A stretch of DNA of 64,000 bases from Naegleria gruberi (lineage: Eukaryota), in assembly GCA_000004985.1 (NCBI GenBank), contig GG738863.1; one strand, written 5' to 3'. Below the pieces are notes generated by a model, which had not been told where the DNA came from, ran no database searches, and was given only the letters and a program-made list of their open reading frames with translations. A program made the translations under genes and the position numbers. Shown in pieces: positions 32,697-44,900 of the stretch (within the stretch, counting starts at the first letter, position 1; each line of letters opens with the position of its first letter).

Positions 32697-34909
32697 CTAT
32701 TTGAGATTGATTAATTTTTTGAGAAGTCTTGGTGATTTAACCTTTGTGGATGATTGATTCAATTCCTCGTCAAAATCAAAGGTTGTTTCCTTTGTAGGTG
32801 AAAGCATATCTTGGCCATCAATGATGGTATCAAAAACACATTCCAACAAATCTCGAGCAGCTGAGCCATTTGTAGCACTGGTCACTCTGACATCCCTCCA
32901 CAATTGTGCTCGTCTGTCCTCATCTTTGGCCAAATCAATAAATTGTTTCTGAACAAATTTCATCGAATCTCTATATACATATCCACCAATTTCGTAGAAA
33001 AATCTCCATTTTCTCTTTCGAAATTCCCTCTCTTCTGATGAACAAAAAGAGTATGTACTCTGGAGGAAGGACTGATTGGTTGGATCATCATCGCTACTGC
33101 TATCACTGAAAATTGCAGAAGTATTGAGTGGATCGCCAATAGTTATCGAAATTGGTTTCTCTCTTGTTGATATTGTAGAGCTGCCAGTATTGAAAATATT
33201 ACTACCAATTGAAATGGCCTTACTTGACATTGGTGATCTTTCTGTAGATGTGGTGGTAATTGATGAGATGGATGTACAACTATTGAGTGAAGGTAGGAGA
33301 GATTTGGAAGAAGAAAGTGGACTCGTATCTTCACTCTTACCTGTTATCCCTGGCTCAAATAAATGATATCGTTCCTTATATAAGAGATCAACTTGTTCTT
33401 CATCTATGTCTTTCATCAAACTGTAACACAAAGATCTCCAAACAGTGTCACACGTTGCCACAATATACATTTCATAATTTACAGTACTCAGAACACATAA
33501 ATCATGTGCATCCAAGTAAAAGCAAATGTAAATTAAAATATCACTCGGTAACTTTTGCCAATTTTCCTGTCTAATCTTGAATTCCTCTTCCTCTGTGAGC
33601 ATGTGATGATTTTCAACAACAAATCTCGAAGGTGACATTTTAGGAATAAATGATCCAACATTTAACCCATTTTTCTTTTGTTTTTGAATACTGGCACTCC
33701 TTGCTCTTTGAAATCGTTCCATAGTTTTTGAATTTTGTGCACTTTCGAATGTACCAGGTATTCTCTTTCTCTTTTGTTGAATGGTATGTCTCCTCTTGGC
33801 ATCTCCTGCCATTTTGTGAAAGTTTTTAATTGGTTTGTGAAGACGAATGTGTTTTGGTAAATCATCAAATGCTTCACTAATGTCAAAATATTGAATTTTG
33901 TGAAGAAAAACATCCTTCTTGTTGAACACTAGAAATATTGGTACATTCTCAAAACATGATGCATTGACAATTTCCTCAAATAAGAGCAAACTTTCCTTCA
34001 TTCTATTCGATCGATCATCTTCGTAACAAACTTGATTATATTCTGAAAGTGAGACGATGAAAATTATTCCACTTGTTGCTCCAAATAAGTGAACCCACTT
34101 TTTACGTTCATTCCTCTGGCCACCTATTATGATAAATAAATATTTAATATTAGTTCAAAGCTTATTTCAATACATATATTCTTTAAAAAAACCTACCTGT
34201 ATCAAAAACTCTAATTCTATTATTTCTATAAATGCACTCTGTTTCAACAATACCAGTTGTTTTCACATATGATGACATGACATGCTTTGTTTTTGGCATT
34301 GAATATATATGATCCATCTGTTTCACCAAGTCAGGTAAACAATTTTTGCATTCTCGTTATGAAATGTTCATCAACAATCCTCAGAATATGAATAAAATCC
34401 TCACAATCCAATCTAAGAACACTATTTGCAAATTCCTCATTCTCAATCTTGTTTAATTTCTCATCTGGAAACATACTCGAAAGTGCTCTCAGTACAAACT
34501 GTACCATTTGCACGATATTCGAAAGGATTACTTCACGATAAGATAAATATTCATCATTATCAAATCCTCCATTGAATAGTAATTTAACATTCTTGAAAAG
34601 CGTACTCTTCCTATAAGTTCCAATAAAAACAATTTCCAATATCATTATTCGAATTATATTGATCACCATTCATAAATCAAACATAGTACATCTTGTTAGA
34701 AACATGCCTAAATTTCAACAAACTACTCACCCAACACCTCCTGTCCCCAACATGATCACTCGTTGTTGTGGTAAATTTAAAACATTTGATCCGCCATTCG
34801 AATCTCCCAATCCTTTCAATAATTTAGAAGATGAAGACTTTTTAGAAAGCATGGAACGTGATGATGATTTTCTCAGCGAAGATGATGACGAAGATGTACT
34901 CTGACCCAT
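32697..34909 (-). CDS. G-protein alpha subunit-like protein fused to a C-terminal F-box domain (multi-exon)
   Basis: Exon 1 (34909-34721) encodes MGQSTSSS...QQRVIMLGTGGV and ends at a GTGAGT donor. A 110-nt intron (34720-34611) rejoins to give the P-loop GTGGVG|KSTLFKNVKLLF, which is the canonical GxGxxGKST. Helical-domain exon(s) follow, then ...PKTKHVMSSYVKTTGIVE...RVFDT|GGQRNERKKWVHLFGATSGIIFIVSLSEY (switch II DxGGQRxERKKW) and ...FLVFNKKDVF (NKxD). The ORF then continues for about 300 aa without the TCATDT/alpha5 C-terminus. It contains LPSDILIYICFYLDAHDLCVLSTVNYEMYIVATCDTVWRSL (F-box) and a Ser/Thr-rich tail. The junction around 34310-34335 may hide a tiny intron or a frame error. Confidence 0.65.
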
Positions 34910-35421
34910 TTTCTATTTCCTATCTTTCTCTTTTTACAGTAATTATTATTATTAGTAGCAATATATCGAATATCTATATCACTTATATGATATGATTCTG
35001 ATGAGGTTGATGATGATTATTAATAATAGAATTTGATGATGATAAGAGTTTCGATTTTTTGTTTTATGAGAAGGCGGTCAAGTATTCTCCGCGCTTCTTT
35101 TTTTTCTGAATTTTTTGCTTTGGTGCTTTTTCAGTGAGGAGTTTTTCAAAGGGAAGAAAAAGATAAACTAGTGCACTACTTGAATAATATATTATTGAAA
35201 TATTGTATGCTTGGTTCTTGTAAGTGATGTTGCTAGTGGTTGTGAGTAGTGCCTGATGTTGTTTTTTATTGGAAAAGGAAATGGCAATACCTTGTTGTTA
35301 TAATTGATGCCAAAAAGGATCCACTCAGTGATAATAATAATATTTATCTAAACAAGCAACTGCTGAACACTCTCAACTTGTGAATATGGTGTTGTAGATG
35401 ATGATGATAATGAAGATGTAG

Positions 35422-35649
35422 TTAAAGAGAGAGAAATAGTTTTTTTTTCAAAGTGTCATCTCTCATACCAGAAACATCAAGAATCTCCTCCAAGAGTTTT
35501 TGTGTTAGAAAACCAAAAGTGAAACCTTGCATTTCAGCTTGGTTACTGGCAGCTAAATGGTTCATATTTGGATGCTTACCACATGTGTAATCACTTGACA
35601 AATTTAAACATCCTCCTTTGAAATGGTGATAGCAGTAGTATCTCATCAA
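35422..35649 (-). CDS. small Cys-containing ORF (75 aa), unassigned
   Basis: MMRYYCYHHFKGGCLNLSSDYTCGKHPNMNHLAAS.... It sits 70 bp downstream of the DEAH helicase stop and shows the codon bias of real genes. It may be a small mitochondrial/IMS-type protein. Low confidence. Confidence 0.25.
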   Translation of the reverse strand: MMRYYCYHHFKGGCLNLSSDYTCGKHPNMNHLAASNQAEMQGFTFGFLTQKLLEEILDVSGMRDDTLKKKLFLSL

Positions 35650-35719
35650 TAATGTTATCTTAGCAGTTTTGGTAATAACTGGTTTCGTAATAATAATATC
35701 TAGTAGCTATTCATCATAA

Positions 35720-37999
35720 CTATTCCTCTTCTGAATTTCTTAACAGTAGTAAACGATCTTGGATTTCACGTTCCTTCTTGTCAATACTTCTCTCGAATAA
35801 TTGTGGACAAACTTCAACCAACCAATCTGATTCAATAGTTGTTACATCTCTCATGAATACTTTGGTTGTAAATAAAAGTTCTGTAAATATTACAAACTCT
35901 GGCGGATATTTAAAAAGGACGCTATTAGGATGGATGTAATAAATATCATTGCCTCGTACGGATTTATAGGAACCATCTGATTGTCTTTGTGCTGCATTGG
36001 AAAAGTAACCAGATATTAAACATTTTCTAATAGTATCAATAGGTGGGTCAATATTGCCGTAGCCCACATTTGAATCCATAATTGATTTGATAGGAATGGA
36101 GAATCGTTTGAGTAGTTTTTCAAATTGATGGATAAATTGTTCAACTCTTTGCATGGATTTGTAAGTAATACAATTGTCATAGCACCATTTGCTAGATTTG
36201 TTGTTTTTGAGATAGGACATGTAAATGTTAAGGTATGTCAAATGGTCACCTTCCATAACAGAGAATTTCCTTTTTACATACTCAACCCTATCTTGGAGTT
36301 GTCTGGAGGTTACAAAAACATTTCTCACACTGGTCATGGCACAAATAATGAGCATCTCTTGAGAGCAATTCATATTACCAGAGTGTAGCAGAATTTTAGA
36401 AACGAATGGGTCAGTCGGGAATTCAGCCATTTGTAAACCCAGAGGATTTGTCAATTGACATGAATCATCAAGAGCACCGAGTGCATAAAGAGTTTCCAAT
36501 GATTGGGCCATATGACTAGATGGTGGAGAAGAAAGAAAATCAAAGAATACCAAATTATCAATTCCTAATGCCTTCATCTGGAGAATGATATCTGAGAGAT
36601 TGGATTTTTGAATTTCTGGAATGGTATTTTCCTTAAGCTTTTCATAATCTTGTTCAGTATAGAGACGAAAGCATTTACCATTCATCACTCGTCCTGCTCT
36701 TCCAGCACGTTGTCGTGCTGATGATTTGCTAATTTCTGTCACTACTAGACAATCCCTGTTGGAACGATAATCATAAATTCTCTCCTTTACAAATCCACAA
36801 TCAACTACAAATCTCAGAGAAGGAATAGTAATCGATGTCTCTGCAATATTAGTTGAAATAATGACCTTTCTCTTATCCTTTACAGTATCAAATATTTTCA
36901 TTTGCTCTTCCAAGGATAATCCTGCGTAGAGAGGTAATACGAGCATGTTATCTTTTTTTGCTTCGAATAGAGAATCTTCAATAAGGGATACCAGCTCTTC
37001 AATTTCTTGTTGGCCTGTCAGAAAGACCAACACATCTCCAGATTCTATTGGTTCACTATTATGAATGTTCAAGACGCATTGTAAGCTGGAACGAACATAA
37101 TCTGAGATTGGTTTCTGAATGTAGTAAATATCGACTGGATAGGTTCTCCCTTCAATACTCATAATGTAACAACTCAGATTCAATTGGGGAACATTGAAAA
37201 ATTTGTAAAAATCCTCAGCATCGAGAGTGGCACTCGAAATTATGAGTCTTAGTTCAGGGCGCTTCTGTAGGACCTTCTTTAAAAGTCCTAACAAGATATC
37301 TGTCTTGGTACTCCTTTCATGGACTTCATCAACTATTATGACAGAATAATCGGTCAATAGAGGGTCCACCAACATTTCTCTCAATAACATTCCATCAGTC
37401 ATGTATTTAATCCTTGTAAATTCTGAATATTTTGCATCGAATTGAACACAATATCCGACCAACCCTCCAAGTTCACCATGTGCATTTTCACTTGTTAATA
37501 TTCCACTCCTAGTTGAAATTCCAAAACTATTACTTGCAGCAGAGGAAGAAGAGGAATTAGGAAATGATTCCCTCTTCTCCTCAAACACTCTCTTAGCAGC
37601 ACTAATTGCTGAAATCCTTCTCGGTTGTGTACAACAAATAGATTGTCCATTAGAGCACCATCCACTCTCATACAAATATTGAGGAATTTGTGTCGTTTTT
37701 CCACTGGCAGTCTCTGCACTCACAATCAACACATTGTAATTTTCCAACAAGTACAACATGGAATTCCTAAATTTATGAATAGGTAATTGTCTTCTCTGTT
37801 CATCCAATGATAACTTCCGATGAGGATTATAAACAAATTCCATAACCTCCTGATTTTCATTCCGATCAATAATTGAATCTCGAAACTCTTCATGTGTAGA
37901 ATTTCGGATGGCTTCTGGCGCTTGTTGTCCAGGTTTCCAAAATCCACCACTTTTACTAGGCACCGACCGAGAGGATGATGCTTCCGCTGGTTTAAGCAT
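35720..37999 (-). CDS. dhx35: DEAH-box ATP-dependent RNA helicase, DHX35-like
   Basis: Single 759-aa ORF. FWKPGQQ...LPIHKFRNSMLYLLENYNVLIVSAETASGKTTQIPQYL (motif I), TQPRRISAISAAKRV (Ia), VIIVDEVHERS (DEVH), ISSATLD (SAT), TNIAETSITIPS and QRAGRAGR (VI) are all present. OB/HA2 C-terminal elements follow. Collinear with DHX35. Confidence 0.9.
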   Translation of the reverse strand: MLKPAEASSSRSVPSKSGGFWKPGQQAPEAIRNSTHEEFRDSIIDRNENQEVMEFVYNPHRKLSLDEQRRQLPIHKFRNSMLYLLENYNVLIVSAETASGKTTQIPQYLYESGWCSNGQSICCTQPRRISAISAAKRVFEEKRESFPNSSSSSAASNSFGISTRSGILTSENAHGELGGLVGYCVQFDAKYSEFTRIKYMTDGMLLREMLVDPLLTDYSVIIVDEVHERSTKTDILLGLLKKVLQKRPELRLIISSATLDAEDFYKFFNVPQLNLSCYIMSIEGRTYPVDIYYIQKPISDYVRSSLQCVLNIHNSEPIESGDVLVFLTGQQEIEELVSLIEDSLFEAKKDNMLVLPLYAGLSLEEQMKIFDTVKDKRKVIISTNIAETSITIPSLRFVVDCGFVKERIYDYRSNRDCLVVTEISKSSARQRAGRAGRVMNGKCFRLYTEQDYEKLKENTIPEIQKSNLSDIILQMKALGIDNLVFFDFLSSPPSSHMAQSLETLYALGALDDSCQLTNPLGLQMAEFPTDPFVSKILLHSGNMNCSQEMLIICAMTSVRNVFVTSRQLQDRVEYVKRKFSVMEGDHLTYLNIYMSYLKNNKSSKWCYDNCITYKSMQRVEQFIHQFEKLLKRFSIPIKSIMDSNVGYGNIDPPIDTIRKCLISGYFSNAAQRQSDGSYKSVRGNDIYYIHPNSVLFKYPPEFVIFTELLFTTKVFMRDVTTIESDWLVEVCPQLFERSIDKKEREIQDRLLLLRNSEEE

Positions 38000-38086
38000 T
38001 TTTTTTAATAAAATTTAAAATTTTAAATATTTAATGTATTTAATTGTTAACGGTAATAATAATTTATTGAACATGTAGAAAATCGA

Positions 38087-38767
38087 TTACTTTTTCTTTT
38101 TCACATTTTCATTCTTTGAACTACAGCTGGAATTACCTCTCTTTTTGGTTGTTGAGGAATTTTTCTTTTCATTAATTGATGAGGATTCGCTTGGATAATT
38201 GACAGTTCTAAAGGTGAGTGAAATTCTTCGATCTCCCTCCAATAGGTTAGGTTCAATTCCATGTTTAAATGATTTTCTGGAAGATCCAGTCATCAGATAT
38301 AAGGAACGAGCTGGTAATTTAACTTGATGTTTTATATCCTTTTTTGTAAAGGTAAATGTTGAATCACATTCAAGTGAAAGTCCAAAAATGATTTCCTTGT
38401 AAGTTTTACGGTGGTCAAAGTGTTGGTCCAGAGAATCATCTGGCTTGTATTCGTTCACAAATATTTCAGTAAACTTGTCATCTCCTAAATAAGATTCATA
38501 TTGAGATAGATCAATTTTTGGAACATGTGTGGCAGTTCTTTCGAGAATTGTGGTACATAAATCTTTCAAAAATTGAGGAAGTGGTGTAATTTCATCAGGA
38601 ATGATATTGTACTTCTTGTCATGTTTTGGTCCATAAATTTGAATTCTTCTCTTTTTCGATCTGTTAAGAAACCAGAGCTGTTTCTCCAAGTTTTCGACAA
38701 GACTTGAAGCTTCTTCTGGGGTGAGAATGTCCTTGATAAGATAGAGTCCTTTAACTGTTGTTTCCAT
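38087..38767 (-). CDS. AlkB-like 2OG-Fe(II) dioxygenase (ALKBH family)
   Basis: 226-aa ORF. GLYLIKDILTPEEASSL... opens the protein, DQHFDHRKTYKEIIFGLSL carries the HxD metal ligands, and LPARSLYLMTGSSRKSFKHGI...RISLTFR carries the distal H and the RxS 2OG-binding motif. A Lys-rich C-terminus follows. Confidence 0.65.
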   Translation of the reverse strand: METTVKGLYLIKDILTPEEASSLVENLEKQLWFLNRSKKRRIQIYGPKHDKKYNIIPDEITPLPQFLKDLCTTILERTATHVPKIDLSQYESYLGDDKFTEIFVNEYKPDDSLDQHFDHRKTYKEIIFGLSLECDSTFTFTKKDIKHQVKLPARSLYLMTGSSRKSFKHGIEPNLLEGDRRISLTFRTVNYPSESSSINEKKNSSTTKKRGNSSCSSKNENVKKKK

Positions 38768-38931
38768 TTTTTGTTTGTGTTTTTCAATTCAAAAGGCGAC
38801 TAGAATTTAAGTATTTTTAGTAGAAAAGTTCATCATCACAAACAAAACACTTTGAAGTTCTAGCAAACATTAGAACTCATAGTTATTAATTTCAAAAGAA
38901 ACTTAAATGGATGAAGTTTGTTATAAACTAT

Positions 38932-41900
38932 TTATTCATAAACTTCTGCAAATTCAGTTGCACTTCTACCAAATATTTCAGGGCTATACATTTCCTCAGC
39001 TTTTACACCTGGAATAACAAATGAGCCAATAGATGTAGCTCTGGCAAGGTAGGTAAACTCATGAGTACCTTCCCATAATAATGAACTGAATGCTTCCACT
39101 CTTTCATCTCTAATATTATGATGCTCGTACCAGATTGGATTCCACCAACACCACCAACGTCTTGTTCCTCTATTATTATTGGATCCAGTTCCACTAACAC
39201 TAGCAATAGCTGGGGTTCCTTTCAATTCTGGATTGATTGGTTCGAGACCAGCTGGTAAAAAGTCAACTAGAGCAACATGATATCTACGACTAGTATTTGT
39301 CATTCTCAACTTGATACGAACCAATTCTCCTGCCTTAAATCTCCAACTATTCTTTTCCTTATCAAATGTAACATGAGAAGGATTAGTGACGTGCTCATAA
39401 CTTCTTTGAACTTCGAAACCGTAATCCAAAGCGTCAACAAGTAAATTCTTTGGAGCATAATCCATACCAATTCTATAGTATAATCTTCCTTCCCTTGNAA
39501 TGTTTGTTCTCCACAATAATCTTCTCCAAGCCATGCGTTAACAACAAAATCTGGGGTAACTCCTTCAAAGACATTAAAGTAGGTATTGAGAGCAAGGAGA
39601 ATGAAAACGTTTTCCTGAGTATTACCCCATCTTCCCTTCTTCTTGTGAGCCAACAATCCCTTAACAATTTTTGGAATGAGGTGTGATTTTGGAGAGATAT
39701 TGATGAATGCTTCCAAACAAATACCGTCGGTTCTTCTATCACTGTGCAACATGATATGCTTGGTGGCCATTACATCTCCATAACTGGTGATAAAGTTTGC
39801 TGTTTGAGCAGTTTCATTAGCATTCTTATCCAAGTGTGTCATAATTTCTGAAACTGTGCTTGTTTCTTTCTTACCACTTGCAAGATAAATAGCAGTAGCT
39901 ATCCATGCAAGATATTCCATATTTCCTTGGAGTTTCTTTTCCTTATAGAGAGTTTCAGCTAATGACTTGGCATCAGATTCACCCAACAAGGCCAAAACAT
40001 AGTAAGCATAAGCTTTGATGGATCTCAAAGATTCTGGAGAATAATCAGTACAGTATCTTTCAATAGTTTTGAGGACTGGAATGAGTTTGGACATCATTGG
40101 TGCATTCAATGTGTAACCAGCAATTTTACAACGAGCCATGGCGTGACCAACATGGCAAGTAACGTAAGGAGACACCTCATAATAGCTAGAGTAGGACCAA
40201 TAGCCAAAACCACCATTAGGGAATTGTCTTGAAGCCAATGTAGAGAAATATCCATTGATTTTAGTGTCAATAGCATCTTTGGTTGGTATCTCTGGAACTT
40301 GGAAGGCATACAAAATATCCTTGAGGGCAACAATTGACAATATTCTACTAGAAATTTGTTCACAACATTCAAATGGATAGTTATACAAATAGAGGAAAGT
40401 GTCAGTGAGTGATGACAAGGCAGTAGAAGAAGTTGTAATCTTGAGACCACCAAATTGTGGGAAAACATTTTGAGGAGCCTTTACAGGTTGGAAAACTGAA
40501 GAATCTCCATCCATTTCACCATAAGTTGCAAATGCCTCAGTAGTAGCTGGTGTGAAAACTCTAATCTCCTTTTCTACAGCATCGGCAAAATTAATGCCAG
40601 GTGTAGCAATGGAAACACCAACTTGGAATCTGGCAATACCAACACGATCTGTTGACATTGGGAATCTCAATTCGGCTCTTCCCATAGCAGGTACTTTGAC
40701 CCTCAAACCCTTCTTTGAAGAATCCAAAAGAGCCAAGTTTGTGAAGTTAATAGCAGCATTGACAACAACATCAATTGGGACTTGACTTTGTAAAACACAT
40801 GTAAATTCAGCTCTGTCACCAAAGTTAAGGAATCTTGGAAGGGATGGTCTGATTGCCAATGGAAGTTGAGCCACCATAGATGATTCATGAATTCCAAAAC
40901 ATGAATCTCCTTTGATTGCAACAGCTGTAATTCTATACTTGGTCAAATTGTCAGGAAGTTTGAATGAAACAGTTGCTTTACCATGGACATCAGTTACGCT
41001 CTTTGGACTGAAAACTGCAAGAGGATTAAAGTTAGATCTGACAGAAATTGCTGAATCTTCTGGTTGGTCTTCCTCGCCCTGGGAAGATGCATCTTTACAT
41101 TTACCACCTCTAGCACAGCATTTACGACAGCACTTACAACATTCCCTGTCACAACAGCCAGAACAAGAAGCACTAGCACAACAAAGCAGTTCTGGTTGAT
41201 CTCCTTCGAATACAACTGAATCATAACTCTTTACAAAAAGGTAGCTTCTCAATGAGTATGGATTAAGAACTGGATAATTTCTACGAGTAAATGTATTAAG
41301 AGGATTAGAAATAGAATATCCTGTCAAGGAGAGAACAGCTTCATCAACTGCCACAATGCAGACTTCAGAATTTTGAATTGGTTCACCAGTGATTGGATCC
41401 TTAACAAGTACATCAATGAAACTTTCTGCTCCTGGAGTTAAATATTCCTTCTCAGGTTTGGTCTCAACAGTTAAGGTTCTAGTGATGTTGGAAACAGAAA
41501 TTTCACATTGACCAGAAGCATATGCAGGCTGTTTTGGCAAATTAGTAAGAACGGTACCCACTGCATCAACTCTTGATTGACTTCCTGCAACTTCAACACT
41601 AACATAAATATTAGGAATGCAATTTTTGGTAATGTCAATCTCAATTTCAGTACAACCGTCTTCTGGATCAATAGTTATTGGAATATGTTTGATCACATCG
41701 TCAAGTGATACAAGTGCAACACCTTCACATTTTCCATCAAGGTTAGATTGAATAAGAAGTTTAGCCTTATCACCAACTTGATATTCAGTCTTGTCTTTAA
41801 TGATGAGAAGGGTGTCCTTAGAAATTCTCTTGCCAACCTTTTCATCTCTTGTGGAACCACCTGTAATATACAAGTTAGTTCTTGATGAATTTGTAAGCCC

Positions 41901-44900
41901 AGTTTCAGGATCAACAATTTCGACTTTGAATGAATAACTGCCACCTTTTTCAAATTTAACAGGTACTTCAACTGGTCCGTCTTTAGATGAGGTCAAAATT
42001 TGTTCAAAAACTTGCACGGTTTCATCTACAAACCTGAATCCCTTCTTTACACTAACAGATGTGGTAGCTGTCAATTTCATTTGAATACCAGAGACTAAAT
42101 TACCATCGACATCAGATGTAACAAGGGATGCAGTTACAGGAATATTAGGTTTAACAAATTGTTTGCTAAATTTGATACCACAATAATACTTGCAAGGATG
42201 GACAAGGAATGAAGTACTCGAAGAGATTGTTTGTCTGTTAATATCTTGAACAGTAGATTCTATTGAGATAGTTACTGGTACCTTGTTAGGTCTTGCAGAC
42301 TCTGTAAAAGAAATAGCAATTTGATGTTCTCCGTTACCGTCTGTGGTACCTTCAAATGTGGTACTTCCTAAAACAGAGCCAGTACTACTACCGAATCTTC
42401 TCATTCTATAAAATCCCATGTATGGATCATTACCTTCTCCAAAAGTATAGGCGTGTTGGTTAGGAGGAGTATATGATGCAGACGTTTGCTTGATGGTATA
42501 ATTGCATTTTCCACCACAAATACCTCCACCAGAGTAGTATTCAGCCTTGGTAGTGCATACAGCAGAATTTCCATTCACAATATAATTACCAGCAGGAACG
42601 GAAGATGATGATTTGAATTCTGGAGTTCTGAATTCTTGTACCTTGAAGGAATGTGAGGTTGAGAAAGCAGTGAATGTAATGATATGATCTCCCAAGTTAG
42701 CATTATCAGGAACCTTAAAAGTAAAATCAAAGGTTCCAAGTTTTGAAATTTCAATATCTCCCTCACAATATTTTTGACCTCTGGCATCATGGACTGTATA
42801 GTGTGTTGTTTGTTCAGAAGGAAGAACGACAATAGGTCCAGAGTCTTGCAATTTGAACTTTCTGACGATACCCTTGATGGAAACAGTTTCATTAGGCTTG
42901 TACAATCCTCTATCGTTGTAAATATGAGCAACGGTATCTGTACTAAATTTTGAAGTGTATAGTCCAACATCTGGAATGAAACAAGAATCATTACCATGCT
43001 TGGCAATCAATTTGGAAGTACCTGCATGAACCTTATATTTTCCAATACCAGTCTCAGCGTCAGGAGTAACATGTGCATTTACCTTGATGAATTCCACATC
43101 TTTCTTAATAATACTACCATCGCTCAATGAGTTAATCCAGAAATATAAATGAGATGAATGAGAATCATATGAACAATCAAGGGCGATCTTTGTAGATTGT
43201 ATCCATGCACAGTATGTTGGACGATAGTCCCAATTTCCTTTCCAACTAGTTTTAGTTGGCTCAACAAAAACCATCAAGTGACCCAGATTTTCATTAGGGA
43301 ATTGAAGATATTGTGAGAGGTCTACCTGTGTTTCACATGGTTCATCTTTCTCTCCACTGATTGTCAAGGTAGTGTCTAAAACCATTTTTCCTGGGAATTT
43401 GTAACTATTGTTATAGGCACTATAGTTAAGAGTTTCACCAGAATAGATTTGAGGTTCTACTTGACAAACTTTAAATTGTACAGAGTCCATATTTACAGTA
43501 ACAAAAGAATAGGTTGGTTTGGTGTTCAAGGTTGGATCGAGTACCATTACACCAGTACCAAAAGCTTGTAAACTTTGACGAGCACTTCCAACTTGAAATT
43601 CAACAACTGTATCAGGAAGAGTTTGTCCCCAAACATCTACAATACCCTTAAGGAAAAACTTATAGGTTGTTCTACCCTTTGATTTGCCTCTGATTGTCAA
43701 ATAAGTTCCACTTGGATTCAATTCCATGTTTTCCAATAATGGTGAAACAGTAACCATAGACTCTAAAAGCTTATCAACATCAATAGAATTGGAGAAGATA
43801 ATAGTGAAAGGCTCCATTGGAGTTGAACCACCAGATGAACGATCTTTTCTAAATTCAGGATAAGTGTATACATGAATTACTGAATCTTTCAATGATGGAA
43901 GAGGGCCTTCTGTACCAACAACTCCCTTATTAATTGTAATATCAAAAGAAGCTCCAATAGAAACTGGATTATTTTGGAAATCAAAAGTAAACCACAAATG
44001 TCTAGATTCAGGAGCTGAAGAAAGTTTGGAAAGATAAGAGTTATACATGGATGAATGTTTCTTTTTCAAATTATAATCTTCCATCATTTTCTTAACTTGA
44101 TCTTGAAGGAGTGAATTTGAGGATTTTCCATCGAAAATCAAACTAGCCTTACGACCTGGAGTGGAAATAAATGGTAATACAGCACTTGGGTCAATCTCTT
44201 GATCAAACTCGGCATAAAATACAGGGAATTCATTAACTGGCATTGAGTGGCTATTTGGCAAATACTCTTTAACATAAAGTCTTGGTGTTTCGAATGTAAA
44301 AGAAAAATCTGATTTCAATGTGCCCCCATTTTGTGAGCTAGTTCCTTTCTTGACAGTAACTGTATACTTTGTAGACATGTCAAATCTATAGTTGGCTTCA
44401 TAGACTAATGTTTTGGAACCCAACCACTTGAATTTACCTCCCTTTTTTGGGAGTGGTGAAACAATAACAGGAACTGTCTCACTTTCAACACTATCAATGC
44501 TGGATACAGCAACCATTGGTTGAGAGAAGGTAATTGTAATGGATGGAACAGATCTATCTAATTCTCCTTCTGGTGAATATCTCAAAATGGTCAAATCAGA
44601 ACCTGAAAGCTGGGCTTCTTCTTCCTTCAATTCTTGTGGTTTCTCCAATTTAACTTGAGGTGGAAATTCAACTTGAATAGAGTCAGCTGTCACTGGTGCC
44701 TTTAAAGATTTTTCTCTACATTTACAAATATCATTTCAATCACAAAATCCATCAATTGTAAAACTACTTACCTCATGAAGAAATCTTTTTGATCAGTGTC
44801 ATCACTCTTAATTGCTGGTAATCTATTCAATAATCTGTTAGTTTCCTCCTCTGATAACTCCTCAATGGAGCATAATTTTGCTCCCGATTCTTCTTCTGAT

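Noticed and set aside
35422-35649. considered whether the small Cys-containing ORF is a 3' exon of the DEAH helicase
   Set aside because: The helicase ORF already ends with a DHX35-like C-terminus and a stop at 35720. The small ORF is kept as a separate low-confidence gene.
39494-39510. second thioester-like motif YCGEQ in the A2M/TEP gene
   Set aside because: It lies about 330 residues after the aligned thioester site (PFECCEQ), at the TED/C-terminal domain boundary where A2M has GEGCVYLQT. It is therefore taken as coincidental.
39450-43006. numerous 60-140-aa ORFs on the opposite strand or in other frames of large genes (39450-39686, 40106-40468, 40912-41199, 42575-43006 and similar elsewhere)
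   Set aside because: They are fully embedded in strongly supported long CDSs, have no homology signal and have atypical composition. They are antisense or frame noise.
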